Shown: positions 23,857 through 37,245 of the stretch, piece after piece
Layout of the letters: the number at the start of each line of letters is the position of its first letter
How positions within the stretch are numbered: position 1 is the first letter of the stretch
Source: Syncephalis fuscata S228
Taxonomy: Eukaryota > Fungi > Zoopagomycota
Assembly (NCBI GenBank): GCA_025786725.1
Contig: JAHLTZ010000033.1
Location: 124,001-188,000, forward strand
Direction: 5' to 3'
Length of the DNA: 64,000 nt
Program-made: the position numbers and the translations under genes
The notes under the pieces: model-generated
Databases searched by the model: none
What the model saw: the letters and a program-made list of their open reading frames with translations, nothing else
What the model was told of the DNA's origin: nothing

Positions 23857-26800
23857 ATCGTTTTCGTTTTGTTTGACGTAAAGTAGTAGCAATAAAATAG
23901 TAAATTCGTGATAATGGATAAAGATAGTGTAGTTTTAAGTACTTTGTGTTGCAGTAGAGGCGACGACTAAGCAAGTAACTAAATTGTCTGCCACACTAGT
24001 CCAATAATAATGTCAAAGTAGCAATAATAACAATATGGCAGCACGGCTGCTATAGTTATGTGATAGACTGTGACTATTTCAATAATAAAATAATGGTCGT
24101 TCAATGTTAAGCATTGGTAAACAATAACAAAACAACCTACAACTACAGAAAATAATAAAGCTGACTAGCAGTAAAGAGACCTGCACTGTACTGCGTCAAA
24201 TAAGAAGGGCAGTGAGATGGAGACAAAGATTATGTGTGTGTGCGTTTGCACGGCGGCAATTAGAGCTTGGCTGTCGTAATTGCCAAGCTAACTATTATTA
24301 TGACTATTATTATTATTATTAGTATGATAATAAGTAATAAGCAATAGACGACACGAAGATTAAAAGCGAAGACGAAGACGAAGAAGAAGAAGAAAAAGAT
24401 AATAGACCTTGCTATAAGAACAACCACTACTACAATTAAAGATATCAAATAAAGAATGAAAGTAAACGAACAAACGATAATGTGATTAGATGATTGATTT
24501 AGTCAGTGTTGCTGTTTCAACTACAAAATACGTGCAGGTATAATTATAAATATAAACATGTGTGGTCATGTTAGTGTTATTATTTTAATGATTTATTGGC
24601 CTTCTCCGTCAAGGCGGTCATGGCTAAAGTGGATGTGTGTTTACAAATAGTTATTGGCATTGGTAACTCCGCTTACTTGCCACCTTGACACTCGACTAGA
24701 AAAAGAAGCTTTTATTTTGTCAAGTTTCCGTTTTTCTTCTTTGGCCTAATTAAGTAGATAGCAATGGGCTAATAAAACCGACACACGTGGTAGTAATGGA
24801 TGGTTAGTGGATAAATGGAACGTGTTGCAAATCATTAGTAAAAAAAAACTGGCGTTTAATTCAAAGGATCCATTTGCTACTGGCATGATAATGGTGGTGG
24901 TGGTGGTTACCGTGTGGCAAAGATTGCAGCAGTAGTGGTTGTTATCTACACTGTGAAACCGTGTGATGCATGGCTGCGTAACCCATTGCCATGATAAGTT
25001 ATGTGGTCTGAAAACAGAACAGTAATTTTCGAGGTGGCTATTTTCAGTAGTTTGATAATTAGTAGCACAATGCTGTAACTTATAGTATTACTTTTGGTTT
25101 CTAAACCATTTATAGCTAAAGTGTCACGTGAAAACGGTTGTAACAATGTGTCGAATAATCTACAGTAGAGATACATAAACTAGTTGATTGAAAAAACCCA
25201 GACAACGCTTATGATTGATTCTTAGCGTATTTCCATATATATTCTATGTCTGAGTTATTACATTTTGAAGCTGATCAGCGGTGTTGCAACTATGTTTCAC
25301 TATACAGAATTAAGAAATATAATCAATGAAACGTTTCAGTTATCTCCTTTTTTACTATTATTGCTTGGCACTATTCCTGCTTACCAATAGCATTAATTTA
25401 TTCTAAAACCTATTTAATTTGCAATTCACATTGGTGTTGTATCTATTTATACATCTACAAGATCGTTTTTAGTAAAATTATCTGAATAGTAAACAAGCTA
25501 TTCGACAAGGTACCATTTACAGTTCAAAGTGACATTTCGTTTTATCTATCTATTCATATAAAGCTTTATAGTTTGTGTATATTTGTAAAGTATGGATTGA
25601 ATTACAAGTGTTTGCTAGTTAAACTGCGTTTAAGACACTTTTATAATAAACTACATAGATGTGTATGATTTTTTACTAATATTTAAAGTACTGATTGGTG
25701 TTTAAATGAATTTAGTTGCTATAATAAGCTACTAGATAGCTTTACTTAATATAAAATAAATATTTAGTCACAAACAAATATTAGCTTGTATTTTTATTAT
25801 TTCATATAGTTAATTAAGTAAAGTGCTCAAGCCTGTATTGTTATTGATTCAATTAAATAATCTAGTAGTAATGATTTGTAATAGCTAATATATGCTTATT
25901 ATATACACGCACATATATATATATACATACATACATACATATACATGTGTATATAAAGTTATTTTTAATGTAGAAATGACGTATATTTACATAGTATTAA
26001 TGTTTGTTATAGATAAGCCAGTTTAAAGAAATAATGTACAAGAAAGAAATGGATTGCAATACAGTTTAATAGAAGCGTAAAAGTTATTGCTATTTATCGA
26101 TCACTGAACAGATATGATCTTACATCGCTTATTAATGCTTAAAAGTTTAGTTCTCATTTTGTAAATTAAATATTAACACTTTTTTGATATTGATAGTGAC
26201 TTGGATGGTGAAAATAAGCAAACAAATCAAATAAACTGGATTACATAAATGGTGTGTAACAATATTTAGAGACCAAATGTATCCGCACCTATAATTGTTT
26301 ATGGACAAACTAACCAGCTGGTAAATAATAGGTAATTACATCTAATATACCTACGTGATACTTTGGTTGTCAATTTGAATCATACTATAAGCGGCTTTCA
26401 AGATAATTTGAACTACCTCAATTATCAATAGAAATGCTTATATTTGCACCTATATAATCATTAATTCACCCATATAATAATCACTTAGCTTTTATTGGTC
26501 TTTAGTCGGATTTATAATATAAACATAGTATTCTGACACTGGCTAGAGTCGCTAATTAAACATCATCACGCCATAGTTAGCTATGTCTATTTCTACATAC
26601 CGTTAAGGTTCAATCATACATTGTTATAATTAGTGTTGTTAATATTACAGTCTTCATAATACACATGGTTATGAAATATTCAGGTATTGTAAAATGTAAA
26701 AATTAAAGGTAAAGAATTATAATCTGTAGTGAAATGCACCAAATGCTAACACACAGGCGAACATTATCAAGAACTGCGCAATATGACGTATTGAAATATG

Positions 26801-28771
26801 TAAATGCAGCCTCAGATCTCCCAAAAATAAATTCATTTTCAATAACATGTTTATGCTGCTGCTACGTTACAATCGCCGAACGTTAGAGAGATCCGAGTAC
26901 ACCCGATCTAATAGGACGTATAAAGAGCTTGACATATCAACCGGTATGATGCTGACAGCAGTTGAACTATAGTGCATGATTTCATGATAGGTTATTGCAA
27001 CCTATATCAATTGGTTACAGCCATTGGTTCGTGTGGCAAAATCGTCATAGCCATAATGATGGTCACATGGTAGAAATTATACATCGCAATTGATGCAAGT
27101 AGAAAGAACAAAACGAAGCAATGCTGGCTAAAGTTTAGCTTGTCGCGCAAATGTACTAATTATGCTCATTTTTTACTTGCAATATCTATGTGCTTGCAGA
27201 TACATTGACGAGCTATTGCCGCAAGCAGCACTTTGAACCAACTATCACAAACAACTTTTACCGGTATTCTTGTTGGCTGTTTTGTCGTCGCTGTATCCCT
27301 ATTTTAGAAAGTTGTTTCTTTCGTGTCGATTCGTCCTCTAAAGTATTCCTTAGCACAGGATGCAAATGAGTGTCAGAGTAACATTCGATCGCTATGTTCT
27401 ACCTTTAGCGCAGTTTATCCAGACAGTTTGACCAACTGTTCATCCATCGTTGCTGCATACTGACTACTGTGCATGCATCGGTGCAAATCAGACTCTCTAC
27501 CAAATGCATTCTCGTTACAGATTATGCTGGATATCAAGAATTCACCAGTATAGCTTTAGAATCACTTGCCGTGGGTCATCTGACTAGGTCTCTCGCTCGC
27601 TAAAATTTATTATAGCATGGTTGGCAATGCAGTTCTGAGCGAGCAGAGGGCGTATGCACATTGCTAGGCTTTTCATTTTCAAGTAATGCATACACTTGTT
27701 TGGTACGTCTACACGATGGCTACCCCTTTCTTTTGATATCTTTCATCCGTATCTTTGTCTAGTTCATTATCAGGTTGTTGTTGTTGCATTTCTACGACAG
27801 CTTAAAGCGGTGCCAGCACATGGTAGTTTATCCAGCTTTGATCGAGACTACCATTATTACATTTCACCAATTAATCGGTGTTTGAAATCAAAATTATTAC
27901 CATCCAGACCACCTTTCCAGCTGTGATTGGTGTAGCGTGCCTTCTAGTATCAGCTCAAAGACCTGTAAAGTTTTGCCAGTTTTCTAGGGGTATCTGTGCT
28001 TGGCAGGTGGATTTGACGCGCCATAGAACGAGAGAGAAATCAATAGATAAAGAGATAGATAGAGTAAAGTGCTGGGGAAGTCGTCTGCATTAGCACTTTC
28101 CTCAATTGTATTGACTGTCATATGCAATATTTTCCATTATTGCGACTTGGGTAAGTAGATGGCAAGGTGTAAATGTGTGATATGGGAGACGATGCTTTAT
28201 CCCAGACTAAAGGATATTCCGTTTTCATCCTGTATTTCCAGCGTGGTCGTTGGCATGCAGCCATGTGGTTTTGACGTGAAAACGTAGTAAAATTGTGATC
28301 AGTTTACTGGTTGGCGGTGAACGTGCAGCAACTGCGGCACAACTGTTAATTATATGTCAAAGGCGATTATCGCTAATGTCCTTTTAATAGCTACTTTTCT
28401 CCTTTCTACTACACCTATAATACGCGTAGATATACACTGTTTGGCGTCTTCACGTCGTATTAGCTCGTTTAGTTTCTGATTTGCTGTGTTGTTGATAAGT
28501 TACATAAGCCTCCACTGTATCGATTAGTATTGACGGCGTCTGTGTCCAAGTGCTTGAATACCGTTCGTATTTTCATTCTCTTGACTATCTTTACAATATA
28601 GGATGTGTCAGTGTTTTACTGGCGCTGTTCTACTATCGACATATTTTTAACCATCATTGATATCTGATTGAACAGCGGCGTGTGCTGGCTGTTGTAGTGT
28701 ATATTCTGACGCAGCTGCTCTTGTATTGTGTAGAGCCAAACTCAACACAGCTTTCGATAGACATAGCGTGT

Positions 28772-29854
28772 ATGGCGAACCTGGCCAACCTACCTGCCGA
28801 AATACTGGAAAAGATATTTGGTCACGTGACGCCACAAGATCTATATTGCTTAACGCGTACCGCCCGCCGGCTAACACCATTGGTGCTTCGTCTTCTATAT
28901 ACGAATGCATCGCCAGATAGTATGGCCAAAATTGTTACATTCACCAATTCGCTTGCAAACCATCCCGAATTTTGCCAGTATGTGCGTTGCTTGTCACTGA
29001 CAAATCTGGCATTGGATACCGAAACAGTCGATAATACTGATACAGATACAGATGAAGCAGCCGAAAAAGCGCTGCATTACATATTCTCTTGTTGTACTAA
29101 TATCGTATATTTCAAGCTACCAGTTTCCACAGCAGCAGCTACTGCTGTGTTAAACGCTATACTGACTAACAAATCGGAAACACAGCAATTACAAGCATTA
29201 CAAACATTAGATTTAAGTGGTTGTCAGCACTTGCCGCGCGGGATGTTGTCGTATACACTTCAAGAGTTATCGCAATTAACCTGTATAAAAGCAGTCGATA
29301 CGCACATCATTGATTATTCAGTTTTACTGGCCATGGGCGCGCATCTCGACCAGCTGGATACACTTTTTATAGATGCATCAGCCAATATAACCGAAGAAGG
29401 ATTCAACGTGTTGATTATGGGGTGCCGGGCACTCCGTCGACTCTACGTAGAGTTGCCTTCGGGGATTGCGTACACCACCCGGATCACCGACGAGTTGGCC
29501 AAAACACTTGCTATTCATCGTCCCCCGTTATTAGAGCTTACAATGTCGGGACAAGCACGTTTCGGCGACGAGGGATTAAGCGCCCTTGCCGCCGGCTGTC
29601 CTCAACTTCAAAAGCTATGTTTATTTAATTGTCCCCGCGTTACATTGGCCGGTGTACGTGATGTATTGTATTATTGTCGAAATTTGATACACCTAGTTCT
29701 TGACGGTACAAGCGTATGCCAAGAGACATGGCTATTTGAACAAGTACAGCAACGTCACTTGCTTAAAAGAAACTTGGGTGTTATAGCAAATACACATGGT
29801 ATATGGAGTTTTTATGGAAAAGAGGATCTAACATGGCTCCGATCCATGGTGTAG
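28772..29854 (+). CDS. F-box/LRR (RNI-like) protein
   Basis: F-box LANLPAEILEKIFGHVTPQDL at the likely ATG (28772); LRRs LQTLDLSGC, GCPQLQKLCLFNCPRVT, CRNLIHLVLDGT. Confidence 0.88.
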   Translation: MANLANLPAEILEKIFGHVTPQDLYCLTRTARRLTPLVLRLLYTNASPDSMAKIVTFTNSLANHPEFCQYVRCLSLTNLALDTETVDNTDTDTDEAAEKALHYIFSCCTNIVYFKLPVSTAAATAVLNAILTNKSETQQLQALQTLDLSGCQHLPRGMLSYTLQELSQLTCIKAVDTHIIDYSVLLAMGAHLDQLDTLFIDASANITEEGFNVLIMGCRALRRLYVELPSGIAYTTRITDELAKTLAIHRPPLLELTMSGQARFGDEGLSALAAGCPQLQKLCLFNCPRVTLAGVRDVLYYCRNLIHLVLDGTSVCQETWLFEQVQQRHLLKRNLGVIANTHGIWSFYGKEDLTWLRSMV

Positions 29855-30978
29855 CACGCATTACAATATATATCTATATCTATACCTACATCTACATATA
29901 CTTGTAAATCAAGATTCACAAATACTACACAATAATATATTACTAGTATCTATATATATATATACGTAGCGCGCGTATATGTATATCCACATGCCTGCGT
30001 ACAAATATACATTTTACGGATAGAATTGGAACAAAACAAATCTGAATATAATACCGGAAAAAACATTTGTTACCGAAATTAGAATATTTAAGTAGTAAGA
30101 TTGCACAAAGTTGTAGCTATATACTGCATGTAAAAGTCTACGTGTATTCTCTCATGGTTTATCTATTTGATGGCCAGCAGCCATAAAGCAAGCTGCGGGC
30201 CTACATAGTTCGAGTAGTCTGCACATGCACCAGAATGCAGTGAGCAGTTGACGCCGCGTGTCTATTCAAACTGCATTGGTAGTTGGCGCGAATAAATGTG
30301 TGCGAACACGTCATAATTGGCCTCAACTATTACACCGATGAACGCGAATTACCTGTCCGGTCGTTCGAATGGCATTTTCCTTTTTTGAATACCAGGAATT
30401 TTCATCGCCTTATTGTTTTTGCTAAACTACTCTAACATTCGTTTAACTGATGCTGTTTTAATCATTTCTCCATCGCTTTTCTAAATAGCTAAGCTGTTTT
30501 AATAATGGTATTAAAAGCCCTTTTTTCGTTACAATCAATGGTGATAGTGCATAACCGATAAGCGATTCGAAGCAAGCAAGAATGATATTTGTACTTGTGC
30601 GTGGATTGGTCTGCACACAAGGGAAATAAGTAACTTGATTGGTGCTTTAATGGTCATTGTAGCAAAGCCGGTAATCTAGCGCAACTGCAAGTGCCGGCGC
30701 AAAAATCATTCTACAAGTCTAGTCTGAAGGATTTGGTTGATTTTCGCAAAGGTATTGCTTAGAATGCATCCAAGGAGTACAATAGTTTGTACATAGGGAA
30801 TATGCATACATATGCATGCATTTCAGCAACCATCCAAATCGGTAGGATTGCTTTCGAGACAGAAGCAATGCCATGTGCAATTGACAAGTTATGGCTAACA
30901 AGGCAGTAAGGTAGGAACTAATGAATATTTATTTATCTATTTATGCCAATAATAATTTAATAAAGCTTATGCAGCAGA

Positions 30979-32366
30979 TCATCGTCGAATTAATGAATTA
31001 AACGGCCAAATACGACGACTTGATTTTTTCTTGCCACTTGATAAAGAACGCGTTGATTTAGTATCTAGATTATTAATAGTAGTAGTTTTAAATAAAACAA
31101 TGAGTAATTGCATTGTTTTAATATTCATACAATTTACCATCGTCAATATTTTTCTATCATAAAGAATCGTTAAAATAGAGCTAGCAGTGACCAATGCGGC
31201 TTAACTTACCGAATTATTATTATTATTATTATCATAAAGTGACGATGAAGAGCGGTTCATCATAAGTGAATGAATGGCTAAATAAAGAAAATTAATATTA
31301 ATTAACTAATTGATTTTAATTTTTTATAAGTACATGATGGAGGTGTTGTATATTCTCTTAAACTATCATTTTGCTGCAACTGTTGTTGCTGGAGTCCAGC
31401 TAGTGGATCATGCATAAAATGTCTTAATTCTTGTGCATAGCCATCTGTGGCACCTATGTCCGATTTTGTAGTATGCAGCGTGCCTAGTGTTAAATAATAA
31501 AGCACAGCCGTAAGTGTCTAATTAGCCAATTAGCCATTGCAAATACATACGATGATGGCGTATAATTTGCCGCCACGAGTCAAGCATGCCGGCATCAGGT
31601 CGTGAATCTGCAACTTGCACGTGTACCACTTCCTAAAATTGCCCATATTTTATAAATGACTATACTAGAGAGGTAAAATGATACAAATATTACTTACTGC
31701 CATCCATACACCAGAAGGCATTCTATTAATTAATGGTTCCAAGTGTGGATCTGTACTAAGTGCCACTAATAGCTCGTTAACATCGATGGCATTTCTCTGG
31801 CTACGCTGCACAACCAAAATTGTTGCATTCATCACCACGCGTGCCATAATACGCAGACATTCGGCAGCCAACACTACCAATGGCACCTCCCAATCACTTT
31901 CCGCTCCTTGACCCGTTAGATATAAAGCGCAATGCTGGCGCAATGCTGGAAACCGGTCCAAGGCTGCAACGATTTGCTTCCCAGCTCTGTCGGATCCAGA
32001 ACGTAGTGATGAAGATGAATTTTTGTTGCGCTTTGCACGCGGTTGAGACATCATAACAAATGCAGTGCGTTCGGCTGCCCGGTCACATATCGTTGTTACT
32101 GCTGGCGCAGGAAGTATTTTACTTAAAGCATAGCCAAATGCCTGCACAACACCACGACTGCTACCGTCGTGGCCGTCTCCTTCTTTATCGACTATTTTAA
32201 GTAGACGAAACAATAAATCGTCAAGAAATAAGTTGAGCCCAATAAGTGCATTAGGTTGAAGTTCAAATTGGGCCAATTGAGGCACAAGAACTCGTAGCGT
32301 ATTATCAGTATAATAGGCCACGGGCAATTCCTCTGAACGACAGTCTAATTGGGCATTCATTTTCAT
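30979..32366 (-). CDS. Uncharacterised histone-fold-like protein, paralogue of 15520-17571; multi-exon
   Basis: LNLFLDDLLFRLL ... CLRIMARVV..IDVNELLVALSTDPHLEPLINRM. GT donor after VWMA (~31697). Downstream small exons end KKKSSRRIWPFNSLIRR*. Confidence 0.7.
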
Positions 32367-34034
32367 AGCAATGGTATAAATGAAAAATGCTTAAGGTTAG
32401 AGAAAATGACACATGAAGGATAGACACTAGAAGAAAACCAATACGGGTCATATGAGCTCGTGAAAAGGCCACTCATCAATGCTAATGATTACCCATGCTT
32501 ATTTTCATTGCATTTTACTGGATGACTGTTTGAGGAAAAGGGCGCCATGTGATGGATCGCATGTGATACTGCATTGCTATTTATTTGTGTACCTAATCAA
32601 CTAATTGTTAATAGCAGCATTATTACGCATCTATATATGATGAATTGAACAATCGAGCCACATATGATTTACAATATCTTACAAAATACATAAGCTATAA
32701 AGATAATGCCAATAGCTACCGTTATAAATTATTGACTATTTTGTTGATGATAATAATATTTGGTTGGTAGTTTCAAGTGTCACTAATATGAAACATTTCA
32801 AGGCTGCGTTCCTTGACCTGGTTATGCGGGGTCCGTTTGAGTATAAAGACAGCGCATACTGCGCGACTGGCAGACTGGGGCCAATAAATCCAATTATCAC
32901 TAGTAAAAGCAACACTTGCTAGTGCTGTAAGCTATTTGTTCAAATGACCATCAAATGCAAACTGATTGTCCATTAGCATGACAGGTTAGTTTCATAAATT
33001 CAATCGAATGTACCAATATGATATCGAATTTGATAGCATTATAACATGATAGAAAAGCATTTGGATTCTATTTATATACTAAATGTTACTTTACCGTTAC
33101 CTATATAATTTTAATAAATTATAACATTACAATAAAAAAGTAAAAATATACATGTAAAAATGAGTAAAATGAGGACTAAAAAGACTTGGCTAGTTTTATT
33201 GTTAGGCAAGCCAATTAGCTATATAGCCACCTTCTACGTAAATGAGAAATAGCGGTCAGAATAAAAAATCTACAATTCCAATAATCTAATGTGGAATTTT
33301 TGATGATTTATAATAATCAAATACGGTAATAGCAACACCTAAAAGTATTACTGACTTAGTAAATAGATATTATAAAAAGCAAATGGTTAAACAAAAGTCA
33401 AATAGTTTGAATTATTTAAAATTTCATAAATAACATAAAAAGAAAGCTAAGTAAATTTATAAGAAATCACAGAATGCTTAATAAAAGAAGCAGATATCAA
33501 ACGTTGATAATTAGCTATATAAATAAAAAATGTATACAATAAACATTACGTTGTTAATGGTAAAAAGATAAGGAGTATAATGCAGTCAGCTATACTGTAA
33601 AACGAAACAAACCACATTATCAGTTTAAGTACTTGACAGTTGTATAAAACAATATCATTTAAAACAAAACCGATGTACGGAATTTACGAAAAATGAGCAT
33701 TATATTAGTTCACAAACATAAATAGCACACATATGCTAGTACAATCAAGCACGGCATAAATAGCTAGCAATCAATTTGACGTCGCCGAAGTTTATATTAA
33801 ATATGTATACTATAATTTAAAATACTATGCGGAAATTTATTAATAAAGTTAATATAGAATATTAATAAATAAATAGCTTAATGCTACAGCTGTGTATATT
33901 AAAATAACTAAAAAATGTAATATAAATTGCGCCATATTATAGAAACATTGCTTTATTGATGATCTTTTTACTATTTTATTTACAGGCTTAGAAACTTTGT
34001 TGCTTATTAAGTTAAATAAAATATATCAATTACA

Positions 34035-34975
34035 CATAGTGTTATGTATAATTCGCAGCTATTATACAGCTTACTGCTTATAAACATTTTACTAATTGTT
34101 TAGCGTGATTTGGTGGTCAAATGACTAACATCTAATAACATCTAATCTATTGGACATGATGATGGGTGGTGAGTGACATCAATCATCAAATACTCATTAT
34201 CATAAATTCATTATTCCGTATGTATATATTTAGTACCATTATATATTTATAACAATATGTTTTCGTAATATAATAAACATGTTATATTTTTATATGCTAT
34301 AAGTAAATATGATTTGACCAATAAAATGCGTGAAATAAATCAATTTTATGAATAATAAAGTTAAAGGCAAATCTACAATACTATTGAGTAACGTATACTA
34401 GCTAAAAATAAAATAAAACTATATTAGATAGCATGTGATTATTATAAAATAAGATATAATATTGAGTGATGATTAGCTATGTCAAAGTTATTGCGTATAT
34501 ATGCATGATCAATGAGCGGAATTAGCCGACATTTATTAATAATAAAGCTAGCGCAAAAATAGAAACAGTTTGGGTAGAGCAAGGCTAGGCGGGTATAGAA
34601 TGATATATAAAATAATAAATGTACAGTGAGAAAGCATATAAAATGCTGTTGAAGTTATAGCGTATATAGCGTAATGAGTGGAGAAAGTAAAGTTCATTGA
34701 AACATATAAACAATAGAATGTATTCAATATGTTATAAAATGATATATAGCAGTGTGGAATAGAATAAGAATGATATAGGTGAATAGAGGATACATGTATA
34801 CTGAATAATAAATATATGATGATGCGTATTTTGGACCCTGATGTCACTCACCACCACCATCATGTTCAATAGACTGGATGTTGTTAAATGTTAGTCATTT
34901 GATCCCAAATTATATTAAGTAAATAATAAATTGTTTATAAACAACAGTTATGTAATATTGTTAAATGATGTTCAA
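34035..34975. mobile_element. Fold-back/MITE-like non-autonomous element with long degenerate inverted repeats
   Basis: CAAATGACTAACATCTAATAACATCTAATCTATTGGACATGATGATGGGTGGTGAGTGACATCA (~34118-34181) is mirrored by TGATGTCACTCACCACCACCATCATGTTCAATAGACTGGATGTTGTTAAATGTTAGTCATTTG (~34839-34901). Ends are approximate and no TSD was resolved. Confidence 0.7.
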
Positions 34976-35782
34976 CATAGCTGGATATATTGCTGTTAGT
35001 TAGTCGACGTTGTGCTGTAATGCATTGACAGCTAAATTACACTATGAACAGTTAAATTAGCGATTTTATTTTTATGCACTTATACGTCGTTCTTACATTC
35101 AGATATTAGTAAAATAGTATACTGTTGTTCTACAGTAAACAATATATAGCACTCTTGCATTCATGTGCATTGTATACTTGCTAATATCTATTTATAATAC
35201 CAACATTTATCTAGTATAAAAACCAGCGGCAAATAGTTCTTGATATATCCTATTAGTTATCGTAAATTTAATTTATTCTAACAAACACTAATAATGAATA
35301 TGAAAATGGTTTGTTATTGAAGTTATCAAGCATATGAAATTTAATTTGACCTTATTGGCGTGGATAACAAAGGAAGCTACAGAATTGAAAAGTGTTCTTT
35401 GCTTTAAAATGATCAACATTCTATTTTTGCAATTATTCAAAAACAATCTAACAGCTATCTAGAATATGTAATTGTTGCTATCATTCCAAATCAAGAATGA
35501 ACGGAAGGAAAGCCTCAAAGGGGGCGTGTGCATGGAAACGCAAGCAAGCATACAAACAGTATAGGAAACAGTTGAAAGGTTAAATAAAACGAACGGGCAT
35601 GCGTGCGAGAGTGTACGAGACAGGCGGCAAAACGCATAGAGGCCAAAAAGGACGGAAACGGCAAAGAAAAAGAAAATAAAGGAAACAGAAAATAAAAAAC
35701 AGAACAGAGGCATTAATAGCCTATAGTCATTCAACGTTGCAAAATGGATGGGGAAGATAAGTAATGGAGGAGAAGGGGATGT

Positions 35783-37245
35783 TTAAAGAGAAAGTCTTGA
35801 GCGGAAAGCATCCAGTTGTCGGCAATCTTCATCACATCGCATACGAGACGGTAGTGGTGGCGATGTTGTAAAAGGAGAAGAGGAGGAGGAAGGAGCTGGC
35901 GAAGTTACAGGTGAATCACCGGCTTTGTGTGGTATCAAGCCTGTTAATGATGGGAGGTTGACATTGCGCGCGCAATTAGTGGACAATGTATTAATAGGCG
36001 ACACAATGGATAAACGCTTCATTTGTTCCGAAGGGGTCAGTGGCGACTCGCTTGGCTTGGGGAAGAATGACGCGTGAACAGGACTGCTAATGCTGATGCT
36101 GCTGCTGCTGCTACTGCTACGGTGAGTGTACACAGGACGGCTAGCATAGGCACCGTATCCATGTGGCTGCGGCGATGGCTGATCTGGTCGGTGCATCGCG
36201 TGTTTATCGCCTAGTCTGCTAGTGTATAATGTAAGGTCGGGCGAGGCCGAGGGTGTAGGGACAAATACATTGCCATGAGGTGCAAAATGTTGCTGCTGTT
36301 GCGGCGGTGAATAGCTTTGTGAAACACGATGATAGTATGGCGCGTTGGGTTGGCTTGCTGGCGAGGTGAAATTCATCATAGACTCAGAGCGACGATGCTG
36401 CAATTTACTAATCGGTGGTGACGGTGAACCAACGTGTTTCACCACCGCTTCGGGATTTGACGCCACCGTGGAAAGGCCAATGGAAGATGGCATGCGCTCA
36501 GTAAACTTGGCCTCTGAAGCATGTGTTGGCGACGAATGGCGTAGGGCCGTTGGCGAAACCGGGTAGTCGTCGTCGTCGTCCTCTGGCGTAGGTACCATGA
36601 TAACGTCGGGATAAAGTTCTGGAGGAATGGCTAGACCTGACAGCGCCGAATCCTGTCGTGGACTACGCAATCGTCCTTCAACTACATCGCGTTTTCGAAA
36701 ATAGGAAATCAAATGTAATTTCCGGTTTTCCGAGACCGTGACAGAAATAGTGCGCTTGACGAGGCCGTCCACCTTGTAGCGAAAGCCTGTTTTTGCGGTG
36801 CAACCACTGTCCATGCTCATCCATGAACGATTACGTTGAGATGCCTGCGTCGGGAACTGGACCGGCGTACTGTTGGTGGTGGGGGCCATGGCGGCGCTGA
36901 CCGCGTTGCGTTTAGTATTAACATCGACCCATGTAATGGTTGGCGTGTAGCCTTGTGATATCCACGAGTAAGGCATGGCCACACCGGGACCTCGACGACG
37001 ATGTTCTAGTTCGCGGTAGTTTAGAAAACAGCCACTTACTCGAGAAGGCGACCAAGCTCTGCCGTCAGTCCAACGGCGCATGCCAGCCTCTGATTCATCC
37101 CAAACAAAAATAGACCCTGAACGAATCATACGCCGCTCTTTCTCGGTTAGTCGGTGCTGTGCACGACGTAAATACCATTTCGTGCTGCTTCAATAATAAG
37201 CAAAGCATCCTGTACATTGTCAATATAGCCAAAGTAGGTCTCCAT
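35783..37245 (-). CDS. Gti1/Pac2 (WOPR) family transcription factor, copy 1; apparent 1-nt frameshift at ~37171
   Basis: METYFGYIDNVQDALLIIEAAR..(shift)..RLTEKERRMIRSGSIFVWDESEAGMRRWTDGRAWSPSRVSGCFLNYREL; second box DGLVKRTISV..HLISYF; C-terminal EDCRQL. Confidence 0.92.

Noticed and set aside
26185-26710. Protein-like frames interrupted only by TAA/TAG, as in the 53-kb island
   Set aside because: No recognisable motif; two frames look equally plausible and TAA dominates AT-rich DNA anyway
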